From Thalia democratica (taxonomy: Eukaryota): DNA of 64,000 nt. Positions 1 to 11,900 of the stretch are shown piece by piece. The stretch lies in the NCBI GenBank assembly GCA_965202585.1, contig OZ241833.1:34472001-34536000 (forward strand). Direction: 5' to 3'. How positions within the stretch are numbered: position 1 is the first letter of the stretch; every line of letters starts with the position of its first letter. The notes beneath the pieces were generated by a model. It did not search any database and was not told the DNA's origin. It worked only from the letters and a program-made list of their open reading frames with translations. The translations under genes and the position numbers were made by a program.

Positions 1-1192
1 CGTACAAAAAACCATAAAAAATTTTTTAAAACTTAAAGCTAAGTAAAGTAAGTTATAGATAGTTATCTCTAAAATTAATTTTTCTCTTCAAGTTATTTTT
101 ACTCATTAAACATATAAAGTTGTTTGAAATAAAGTAAAGTTCCTTTAAAATTTAAATCTTTGCTTTATATTATAGCCACTAATATTCAAAGAAAAGGTAT
201 ACTAACTAATTTAAAACTTTTAGATGCGAATTCTTTTAATATCATAAACTTTAGTAACACAAGTTTGTAATAAGTTGTATAAGCAAAATATTTTTTTAAA
301 TTTAGTGTTAAATAATGTTTGTTAATAAAAGCATGATAATTAAAATTATCATTAGTTGATATTTTAATAAAGTTGTTACAGCAACAAAAATAATTAAGAA
401 ACTATGAAATTTAAGAAACTGTAAAACAAAAGGTGAAAGTTAGCTATAACTTTAAAAATTTACAAGCTATTATGAAGAAATATTAGAACAGTTTAAGCGT
501 ACCATTTGTTTTACTCACTAGTTTCTTTTTTTAGTTCTCTCTCTCTCTCTTGCGCTTTAAGCGTGTGTAATTTTGAAAAGTTTTAAAATAAAGAGAATAA
601 CTCGAGCGCGCTCACGCGTACCACTTATTTTTCACTTTAGTTTCTTTTATTTCTCTAGGTTTCTCTCCATTTACTATAAAACTTTAAACACGTGTAAACA
701 GATAAAACAGCTGTAATTAGTGACTTTAAAACTTTACCATGCCTGATACCAGGTGTTTATGTCAACTTTTAGTACTTAACCATTATGTTTATTAAACATA
801 GCATTTTTGGGTCATCGCATGTTTGAAGGTTACAGTGTTTACACTGTTTGAACTTTATTTATCTGTTCACCAAACTGTAACAAAAAATCGTCATATGTCC
901 TGGACAAGACTTTAAAAGGTATCTGTGTTGTGCGACTCGACAACCGAAAGGTTCTTATACCAAATATCTTGAATGTATTTTTTTATTTAATAAACTATAT
1001 CTATTAGAATTAAAGTTGTCAGAAATCCAAAAACTAACATTTATTAACATTGAACAAACGTTTGACCGTTTTTGACTCAAACAGTCACAACAAGTAATTT
1101 TCTCATTGAAATCTGGCAACTGTAAAGAACTAACAGTCTAAGATAGATTTTTTGTTTTTTCATCTGTTTTGTTTTTAAGCTAACAACCGTGA

Positions 1193-1506
1193 GGGTAAAA
1201 GTCAAATAAAAACAAAGGGACACTTCTGCGCGTTTTGTTTTCTTTTCTTTTACTTATTTTTGCTATCACAGTTTCCTCTAACCCTTGGTCAATATTTTTT
1301 TTATGTTTTTCTTATTTTAAAAGTTTTTCTCTATATATTAACTTTATTTTTGTGTATTATTATTTTTTTTACTCTCACTGTCACTGTTATCCTTAACCCA
1401 TGGTCGATAATTCTTCTTAGTTGAATTTTTTCAAGTTTTTTGTATACTCTCCTACTAAAATGTCACTCGTGCAAAAGTGACTCTTTGTGCATATTTGAAA
1501 CGTTCC
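1193..1506 (-). mobile_element. MITE, MULE/Foldback-like family A, degenerate copy in reverse orientation
   Basis: Shares the family core (AACCCTTGGTC...ACTGTTATCCTTAACCC) and the end CGTGCAAAAGTGACTCTTTGTGCATATTTGAAACGTTCC with the copies at 14233, 30343, 43804 and 45270. No clear TSD. Confidence 0.6.
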
Positions 1507-2505
1507 GTTTTAATTGTAAACTAATAATTAATATTAACACAGCTAAACAATCATAATTCATAACACTATAAACTTTTTACTATTCTAAACTTATTTATTG
1601 AAAATATTCTTCATAGTGCATTTAAAATAAGATGTTATTTATCGCTTTTAATTAAAAACAGCTTAAGAAAAACTATATTTTAATAAATTTATACAATAAA
1701 GAAATGACTTATTTGAGTTTTATGTTTTAAATATAAAAACCTCCAATTAAAAAAAAAAGTTAGAACAAATGTTTACCTCATTTTGGTACGACAAAAAAAC
1801 TTAAAATATTTGTTAATCTTAACTAGTTTTATAAGTTAAAAATAAAATTACAAAGAAAACTAAATAAATATAAAATAGTGCATTTTTTTCTGTTGAATTT
1901 TGAATTATTGTTTTTTATAACTGCATAAAATTCAATATTTAAAGACACAAGTTATAATTAAGTATAAATCAATGATTTAACACACTTAGCACACTTAGTA
2001 GAATTGTAAAATTGAATAACCTTTTATGTACACATTAAATTTTTTGTCTTACATTTTTTTATTTAATTAAGAGTAAAATGTAATAAAAAAGAAGCTCATT
2101 GCTTCACATAAGCATATTAAAAAGATTAAAAAAACTCAAAACTTATGTTACTCATCTAACAACTGTAAATAGTTATGAAGTTCCTAAAGTAAACTTTTGG
2201 TGCTCTCAGAGTAACATACAGTTAAAAGCATAGAGGCTTAATAAAGTACGGTAATAAGTATACTAACAAACTTGTGCAAATAATATTTTGATAGTAACCA
2301 AATATATTGCTGAAACTTATAGTTAAAAAAATAGTGGACTTTATATACTTTTAATTATTTAAAAGTTATCTAACTTACAACAATTTATTTTCTCTGATTT
2401 ATTAGAACCAAGTGCTAGGTTGAGACTAGATTTTAGTGAGAATATCAATGAAGTAAAAAAGTAGATTAATACAAATATAATTTGTAAATGAATTTCACCA
2501 CACCA

Positions 2506-2739
2506 TCATGAACGATAACGTCCGATACAATCTTTGTCCTTGTTACGACTCATTAGGTAGGAGTAGTCGATGGAAAGCGCTGCTGAGATGCTACCAAGCA
2601 GTAAGTACGTATGCATTGTAGCGACCGTTAGTAGGTAAAGTCCAAACACAACTAGATAGGTAAAATAAAAAAAAGTTCAGTACTAAGATGAAAACAAAAA
2701 TCGTAGTGAATTGCTGGTAAACTCACAGTTTGCACCCAT
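2506..2739 (-). CDS. Candidate small secreted or membrane peptide, 52 aa (exons 2739-2727 and 2651-2506)
   Basis: GC-richer island. ATG in A-rich context, GTGAGT donor, 75-nt intron, T-rich TAG acceptor. Gives MGANFVFGLYLLTVATMHTYLLLGSISAALSIDYSYLMSRNKDKDCIGRYRS*. A competing plus-strand reading exists (ATG 2508 to a GTAAGT donor). Confidence 0.25.
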
Positions 2740-3599
2740 TTATTTTCAACCAAATATATTCTTCTGATTAACTCCCACCCGAGTCAATTCATTTCTCAGA
2801 CAGATACTTAGTGTGCACTAAACGTCTTGTTATATTTGTGTTTTCGTTTGGTAATTGTAAAGCGGCTTTAAAAGGTTAAAATATTGCCTTAGAGTATGAA
2901 TTTTATATTTTTTGGTTTTAACTTAATTTCAGCTGAAAATATTTTAGTGTATGGGTAAACTGATGAGGTTTTTTATTACTGATGTTCACGTAGCTTTGAA
3001 AAAATATATATAAACTATTTTAGTAAAGAATTTAGTTAGTTAAATATAGTATTTGTTCTGAGATAGCCTAAATGTTCTCATTATACTGATAAGGAGCGTA
3101 GATCACAACCTCACAATAAAACAGAGGACGTCTTAGAAGTTGGGATGTGAACGATTAAGTTGTAACTACTTTTTTGATTTTACCCAAAAAATGTAGCTAC
3201 ACAATGGATCAGCGTCCGGTAAATGAATTTTTTGTCTATAAAATTAAATTTAGAACTTTAAAATTTTCAATTTCTTCATCTCAAAACTGGCTTTTTTCTG
3301 TTTCAAATTTTTTATCAGTTTATATTCAAAACCTACCAAAAACAATGCTTTTTTGTTCATCAAAGTTAAAGCTTGCAACAAGCTACTGAAAAATACCTGA
3401 AAAAATTATACATATATTCTTTTCTTTCTTTTTCTTGTATGGTATGGCTACCGTTAAAAGATTACACAGTTACTTGAAATTTCATGATACTTTTTTTTTT
3501 TTTTTTTTAAACTTTTTTTCATTTTTAACCGTAGGAAAAACTTGAGTTATAATAGTCAATTTTATAAATTATTAACAGAATTTGATTTTACCTAACTAC

Positions 3600-4420
3600 T
3601 TTTATACATGTAAGAAAAAAATAATTAATAAAATTCTTATAACTTACTTTTAAGTAATAAAATGCTTTTGTATTAGGTTTTTTAAATATTTGTTTTTGCT
3701 TTACCGTGTTTCATTTTTATACCAATAATTTGTGATTTAAGTATAACACCTATCTGGTATTTGTTTACCTATAGATTGATTTAATAATCACGAAAATCAC
3801 ATAAAACTAAATTATTTGAATCTTTAAAGTTATTAACTACAAAATATTTAAACAAATTTTAAATATCTAAATAGTAAATTAATCTAAATTTACATACAAG
3901 TTTTCAAAAAAATTGGAATCAAATAGTCTAAAAAAGTAAACTTATTTAAATCATTTGTGTAGTTTAGAAACTAAATTTTTACTTTAATAAAACATTTGCG
4001 AAATTCAAATTAATTCTTATGTTTATCGCTGGACAACACAGTTTGGTGTTGTGCACTCAAGTCAGTTTTACAAATTTCTCTCAAAGCAACAGTGGCATAC
4101 GAACTCGTGTTGAGCTGAAACTTTACAACTAACGCTGTTTTCTCCTCATCTTGTCCTCGACATGACGTTGAAAGGTGCCGTGGTGTATGACTCGAAAACC
4201 TCAAGGGTTTTTCCTTACACCAGGTTCTTGGACCAATTTTTTGAGCGCTTTTTTGTTTGTTCAATAAATTGCAATTCAAAATGATGTGTTGCATGAATAC
4301 ATACTATGGATTTAAAATTCCAAGTGGAAGCAACACGTTCAGTAAAGCTACTCTTATACAGTAAATAACCAATTTACTAGTTTTATAAAATTCAAAAAAA
4401 CATAAGTACTACTGTGGTAA
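3600..4420 (-). repeat. Direct duplication of the PUS7 3' end (last exon, 3' UTR and part of the last intron); homologous to about 8580-9250
   Basis: Colinear similarity seen by eye, e.g. AATCACGAAAATCAC, TGGAATCAAA-T-GTCTAAAAAAGT, ATTGCAATTCAAA, CGTTCA-TAAA-CTACT-TTATA. Flanks carry many indels; the exon has none. Confidence 0.9.
4010..4149 (-). CDS. PUS7: Duplicated PUS7 terminal exon (copy B), putative alternative last exon
   Basis: 140 nt, same length and phase as 9097-8958. Encodes (Y)[48 protein letters not shown] acceptor at 4152-4150. Confidence 0.55.
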
Positions 4421-4462
4421 ACATAGTAAACTAAATCAAAATAAAATTGATACAGTTTAGAT

Positions 4463-6218
4463 CAGTGCTTCTGAACCTTTTTTTAGTGGCGGAACCCTTT
4501 TCTAAAGTTCAACTTTTCCGCGGAACCCCTAATTTAATTTTACATAAAATGTTTAATATAATATTTCCTGTAAAAAACAAAAGAATTTTAGTGAAAAACG
4601 ATTTTTTTAGCAAAACTATATCATTGTTAGAAATCATACCAATTGTAATAGTATTAAGTCGAGTCAAACTCAAAGTGCGCCAGAGGCAATAGGTATTTTA
4701 TGATTCTATAATAAATAAACGAAAACAAACATGATTAATCGCAACGTCATAAAAACCTTTCCTTGCATAATAAAAACAAAATGAGGGCTACAAACAATAA
4801 CGAAATGAACATGAACCTGATCTAATTCACAGATTACTGTAATAAACGGGTAAGATGCCTATCGAAAAATAGATAAAAAACATTTAGTGCGAAACTTGAA
4901 CTTGTCTCTTAGCAACAAGCATGTCAATGCGCTGCTGGATTTTGGATAGACTGAGACGAAGACAGGCAGATAAGGTTGGAGTCAGCATACAGTTACTTTG
5001 CTTCGTTTTAATGTTTGTTACATGCGAAAAACCGGACTCGCAAAGATAAGTGGTGGTGAATGGTAAAAGAAATTTTACTGCACGCTTTGCTAAGACGGAG
5101 TACTCTGAAATTGCACATATCCAAAAATCTAAAAGCTCCTTCCCTTTGAAACTTAATTTTTAATTGTTATCTTCAGATAGTTGCAGCAATTCGTTTTCTG
5201 TATCTGTAGGAAGATTCACCTCTTCTGAAGCAATATCACACATAAAAGGATTCAAAATCCATAAATTTCCGATGTGAGCATCTTCAGGAAAATAATGTTG
5301 AAAATTTATAGACAAAAGATCAAGGTGGTTGTATATTTTGTTAGAGAAGTTTAATTCTATGCATTTTTCATGGGCCTCATCAAACCGGTGAAACATCGCA
5401 AAATTACCATTGCTAACCTTTTTCTTCCAAAAGTTAATTTTATTTTTAAACGCCTGAAACTTGTCTGTCATGACAAAAAATGGAATTTTGCTTACCTTGC
5501 ATGCTTAAGTTCAAAGCGTTTAATTCTTTCGAAAATATCGGTGAGATAAGCTAGCCTGGCCAAAAAAACATCATTTTAAAAGAACTTCACTAATTCTGAG
5601 CCTTCTCCTTTAAGAAAGGTTAACACTTTTAAAAATTAGAGTATCATTTTTTATCATGTAAGTCTAAAAAAAACTATTTCAAATTCAATTTCTGTTAAAA
5701 TTTTATAGGCCTGGCCAGATTTTTTTAAATTATAGTAGAATTTTTTAAGTAAAAAATAAGCTTTTATACATATTAAACTTTAAATCAAAGTAATAGACAT
5801 CTTTTTAAACATTTTTACATCATTTTAAACTATATATTATACCAGAAATAAGTTTTTGATAAAGATTTTTTATTTAGTTTAATTGTGTAAACATTTAGAA
5901 TTTGTTTTGATTGATCCTACATTGTTTGCTTTAGTGATAATACCAGTATTTTCATGACTTCAATAAGAATAGAAATTCAAAAAATGTTCAAAAATTTGCG
6001 CAACCAGGACACCTATTAATAATGAATACCAATTAAAAGTCCTACGGCTAGATACACACTACTAAGCAGATCAATGAATGCTATATTTGTATATGTTTTC
6101 CATTTTTTTTGAAGTTTTAGGATTTACGTATTTTTTTCTTTCAAATTTCTCTTTTAAATTTCGAAAGGCTTTGCGGAATCCCTGAGAGGCGTCGCGGAAC
6201 CCTATTTCAGAAGCACTG
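4463..6218 (-). mobile_element. hAT DNA transposon (Buster/SPIN-like), internally deleted
   Basis: TIRs CAGTGCTTCTGAA...TTCAGAAGCACTG. Perfect 8-bp TSD GTTTAGAT at 4455-4462 and 6219-6226 with central TA, the Buster-type target. Contains a transposase C-terminal remnant. Confidence 0.93.
4884..5630 (-). pseudogene. hAT transposase C-terminal fragment (SCAND3/ZBED5-like) with stops and frameshifts
   Basis: Motifs LAYLTDIF, LNLSMQG, DKFQAF, WILNPF, LLPFTTTYLCESGFS and terminal QVSH*. In-frame stop at 5160. Confidence 0.87.
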
Positions 6219-8957
6219 GTTTAGATAACTAAAAATTAAACGCTAAAGTATATATTATAAAACTGATTTTAGTCCTATTAAGCTTTTGATTAATAATTCA
6301 AATAGGTTGAGTGACAAAATTGTGTTATGAAAATGTAAGTTGAATTAATAGTCAACCGGCAGACCCACAACATTAGGTCTGACCGGGTCTAACAAGACCA
6401 AACCCGGTATATCACTAAATTCAACTTTTAGAAATATACAACGTTTAACTAAACTGTTAATGTGTTTTTTTTTGTTACCTATTATTAAATTTTAGCGTAG
6501 AAATGTTTATTAAATAACTTTTGGTTTACAACTTTCAATTCAATAGATCGTTTAAAATGTATACAAATGATACATAATATAGGAACAAAAGTTACCATCA
6601 AAACTTAAGAATTTAGAAATCAAACAAAATAAAAAAATTTGGTGTACCATATTAATAAGTAAACAAAACCAATTATAAACCAGTCAACATGGTCAAATTG
6701 ATCCAACTTAGGATAGCTTATGCCAATAAGATGCAAGTATATGTGGCTTAGTTGTACTTAGGACGTTGAAAACATGTTATAATTGTATAGTCGAAACTTG
6801 ATAGTCACGAATTTAGAAAAAAAGTAAATTAACTTAAGAAATTAATACAAGAAAATATTTATAAATGTTTGTAAACTTCCAAATATAAGTTTACTACTGT
6901 CTCTAAAATAATCTAATTCTGTAGACCTTTTTCTGCTAGGTTGTGTGTTTAAAATTTGTGTCTTTTTGTTAATATTTGGTGTGATTGATTCACATATTTT
7001 GTGTAAACCATAACCCAGACAGAAACTGGTTGTAGCAAAAAGGCAAGAAAACTATAACAATTTTATTGAGCGGTACTAATAAACACTTTCAAAATGTGCA
7101 GAAAAAACTTGTTAAAGTTAAAATAAGGTTTTTTTATAACTTAGAATCAAAAACTACATTTACTCAAACTTGAAATAATTTTGAGCTAGATTAAGCTAAG
7201 TTTGAAAAGCATAACAAAAACATTAAAAGCATAAATATATATCAGCTTCTTTTCTTAGATCTATAAACTTTACTCTTATGTTGAAAAAGTCAAGCTATAA
7301 AAATGTAACAACTCTAAGCCATTGAGTACACCAACTGCACAAAAAAGTAGTGATCATATAAAGCAGTGTTACCCAAACACTTATTTATAAGGCACCTTTT
7401 AAAGAATTGATATAGCTATAGCCCTCTTCGAGAACATTTTCCAAAAAACTACCTTAAATACGTCGACCTTTTTGCTCTTCATCATAAAATCCTTAATCCT
7501 AATTTCAAATAATTACCTCATGAGCCATCCTGTAACCACTTTACACGGCCCCCTTTTTGTAGCTTATGACCGTATAAATTTCAGAAATAAGAGATTATAG
7601 TTTCAGATGTTTAATAAATATTTTTTAACAAAAAGTAAATTTTAACGGTTTTTTTTACATTGACATAACTAATAAGGCTTAGTGTGTGCTATAAGTCCGA
7701 ACAAACAAACTATCTTTATACTACTCTTTACTTCTGTTAAAATTTCTCAAGCAACTATAAAATCACTTTTATTAAGACAAAGTACTTTCAAGTTTTTAAT
7801 TTACTGTGTAGCATAGATGGCATTCTCAGTTCAATTTTGTACAAAAAAAAAAACTCTTTTTAAAGACATAAATAACGGAGCTTTCATTGGTGATTGTAAA
7901 ACTTGAGACTTTTCTATTTATTAATACTTGATGTAAGCGGAAACCGTAGCATTTACCACCTAAAATTATAAAAACTCCAAATTACGGCAATTCAGCTGTT
8001 GAGTGCTTGTAAAACTACTACCGACATTAAGTTAAAAAGAGTTACTCTTAAATTGTTCTATAAATAAAGACTAAAAATAACTTTTTAATAAAGTTTTAGA
8101 TAATAAATGCTTCCCTTTATCATCAGTATCTTAGTTATTAATAAGCCTTTAAGTAGTTTAAAAGTTCTTAAAACTGCAGTATTACGATAATAAAATGTTT
8201 GTACTTTATATATATTAAATATTTTTATAGCTTAGTTTATTTCTGATCTTAGAAAAACTAAAGTTGTTTAACTTTTTTGAAAAACTTTGTTTCTCGATAC
8301 TAGAAAATGTTTATTAAAATCTCAAATATCATAAGAAACTAAAAAAAACTTCGGAAAAATGAAGCATATTAAACAAAATTATCGGAAAAACTATTTAACA
8401 GTCTTTGTTATTTTTCAACAAAAAATTTCAATCAACTGAAAAATTTATCATGTTCTGTAAATTTAACTGTTAATTTAGTTTACATGTTGAATATCTAAAT
8501 TTGGCTTGAAGTTGAAGGAAAAGCTTATCTGAATAATAATTTATATACTTATTTACAGCATTGTATGTACTTCAACTATTTTATTCAAGCAAGAAAAAAA
8601 ACTACAATAAATCATGTAATCAGTTTGTAATACTTTTACTTGCTTTACGATATTTTATCAGTATTACATCAATTTATAGTAGAAGTATAACCTATCTAAA
8701 TCTTTTTGTTTTACCTGAAAATTTGTTTATTAATCACGAAAATCACACACAATAAAATCATTTAATTCTCTAAAGATATTAACTAAAAGAAAACACTAAA
8801 CTAAAAACTAAATGTCTAAAAACTAAATTAATCTACATTTACATATAAATTAAAAAAAAATGGAATCAAATTGTCTAAAAAAGTGAACTGATTTAAAACA
8901 TTTGTGTAGATTAAAAACTAATTTTTTTTGTTAAATAAAACATGAACAAAATTCAAA

Positions 8958-11900
8958 TTAGTTCTTATTTTTATCGCTGGACAACACAGTTTGGTGTTGA
9001 GCGCTCAAGTCAGTTTTACAAATTTCCCTCAATGCAACAGTGGCATAAGAACTCGTGTTGAGCTGAAACTTCACCACTAACGCTGTTTTCTCCTCGTCTG
9101 TTAATTGCAATTCAAATTAATATATTGTGTAAAAAACACATTAAGGTTAAAGGAGCCTGCAATTCTAAATGGGAGCAAAACGTTCAATAAAACTACTTTT
9201 ATATAGTAAATGACAAATTTACTAACTTTATATAAGAAAACATACAAAAATATAATTTTCAAATACATCTATCTTACTTAACATTAATTCTTCAGACAAC
9301 GCAGAAAAATAAAATGTAATCAGGTAAATTTCAAGTACTTTCAAACTTAAAACAATAAAACGAACATTTTCCCTGTGGTTGCTCTTCAAATTTTACATTT
9401 TCAAGTTTTTCGACATCAGAAAGCACCAATGGTATTTTGTAATCTTCATACTTGACAAACTCGTAACTCAAATCGCCAACTTTCGATATCAAGTTTCTGT
9501 AATCCCCACACAATGAATAACACCTTTAAAAAATTGTTTTTCAAAAGTATTTTTTATAAAATTAGAATCTAATAACTGATAAAAAAAAGAGCAAGTTTGA
9601 ATAAAACTAATCTATATAAAAAATAAAAATTCATATACTAATGATGAATTAAAAAGTTTATATTTTTAATTTAAAAAAAACATTAATGATATTTATATTC
9701 TGATAGCTTTTAAAATTTACTGTTATTTTACAACACAATTTTTAATATTTTCTAGCTGCTCTATTAAATAACATTTTTTTTATATTGGCAAAACAACTTT
9801 TTTTTTAAGTCAAGAATTATTATTACCAGCATTTTGATACTATGCAACAGGTTTTGTGTCAAAAATCATTTGATTATAAAGGTCATTTATCTAATTAGAA
9901 ACCTTTACCTAAAAGATTTATTAAGTTGGAACAAATTAAGATAAACTCATTACTTAAATACAAAAATTATCTAAGAATTTCAAGCTATTGATAAAGCTGG
10001 TATTTCTAAAAGTATTTAAATAAACTAATATTGTTAAACTAACTTTTACACAAAATCTACTGAACATCCTAATCACCAATGGAACAACATGCTGGTTTTA
10101 AAAAGTTAAACAAAGTACAAACAGTAAACATAGTTAAAAAGTACAAACAAAAACCATAATCAAACAATGAACAAATAAGCAACTAACAAAAGTTACTTTA
10201 TCTAAACACAGTCAAAGTAGAAACAAAGGTACCCTTAAAAGCCCAAATTTCTCTGAAAAAATATTCAACAGAACAATTGCTCACTTGTTCGGATGCGCGA
10301 ACGACGTCATCTTGAGCCCGTCGCCTTCGACGATTTTCTCGTACCAGTTTTCAGTGACGTCACAATCATCAGATGACGGGTACGCGGGGTAGATGACGTT
10401 ATGACCCGGAACCGGGAGCACCACCTGCGTCACCTCGTACTCGCTGCATTCTTCTTGTGACGTCACGCGCTTTATGACGTAATCGTTGGGAGATTTTTCC
10501 GCTGAGGCGTCGCCGTTCTGTGATAAAATACTTTGATAAAAAAAAAAATTCGATATTGGTCTCAAAAATATCATTTAAAGGAATATAGAATTTCAATGCT
10601 TTGTTACTTTTTTGAATCAATCATTAAAACCGTGTTAGGCGTTATTCAACGTTTCAACATAAAAACTATTTGGTACTTTTTGCAAAGTTGGCACTATTCG
10701 AAACGCTAAACCATTTTTTGGGATAAATTTTGATGCACTTGAAACACATTTACTTTTGAAGTTTTTACAATAAAACTACCTATTTCAGTTAATTTTTAGC
10801 AAAACCAAAACTAACTGAATGGGACTAAACTTGCAAAGAAGCTGGATAACTCCGCTTAGTTTCAAGTCAGCACTTATTCCAAAGTTGTTTTTAAGCATTT
10901 TATTAGAGGATCATTGCATCAAAACTTTTGTTTATCAGCTTTATTTAACAGCACGACAATTAAACTTTTTGTCATTAAGTTCAGTAGAGATTTATTTGAG
11001 AAGTGAACATGCACAACAGAGCTAACATTTACTGACTGTGGCTCAAATACATTCCTGTCAGATTATTAAACTAAAAAAAATATTTTTAAATTTGATGAAA
11101 TGATAAATACTAAATAAGAAGTGAAAAATTCATGAGATATTAAATCTTCAAAAATTTCAAAGAATAAGTATTTGTTCTATGAAATTTTTATTTATCTAAG
11201 TGTTTTTGAAAACTACGACACAAAACTAACTCATAGTCATTAAAACTTCAATAACAATTTAGCTTGAGCTTTATAAAAAAATAAATTCGAATGAATCTGA
11301 GTTAATTTCATACCAGGGGCGTCGCGTGGGGTGATGCATTAAAGCATATAATTTAAATACTATAACAACATTATACAATTTTTAAATAAACTTTTGCTTA
11401 CAAACTATTCTATGCAATTTTAATATTTCTATCTTTACTATATTGCATTAAAGTTGTCAAAGTAAGATTTTTTTATAATAATTTTATATATACCCCTAAC
11501 AAAAATACCACGCGTCGCCATTTGTCTGTTCCTTAACTTTTCCCACCAAGTTATCATCAAAGTTTCTAACCTATTTTTGATATTAAACTCTCTAAGGATA
11601 CAATGATATTTTAAGTATTAATATTAATATTGTCTCCGTAACAAGTTTTGTCGAGACCTTTTGTGCTTAAGGAATACCCTTTACATTTGCCTATATTTTA
11701 AGTATAAAAGAGTAATTAAAAAATTGTGAGTACTTAATATTGAAATATATACCTCTTCATTTTCTTGTAGCTTAGCTTTCTTCAAAGCCGGTTCTCCATT
11801 TTCATTTGATTTACCTCGGCTAAAAAAAAAAATAAAATAAAATACAGTTATTCTTAAAAAATGACCTTATTTATAAGCTTATTTATATCATAACTATGCA

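Noticed and set aside
4447-4692. 81-aa plus-strand ORF
   Set aside because: Spans the hAT terminal repeat and subterminal non-coding sequence; no motif or codon bias.
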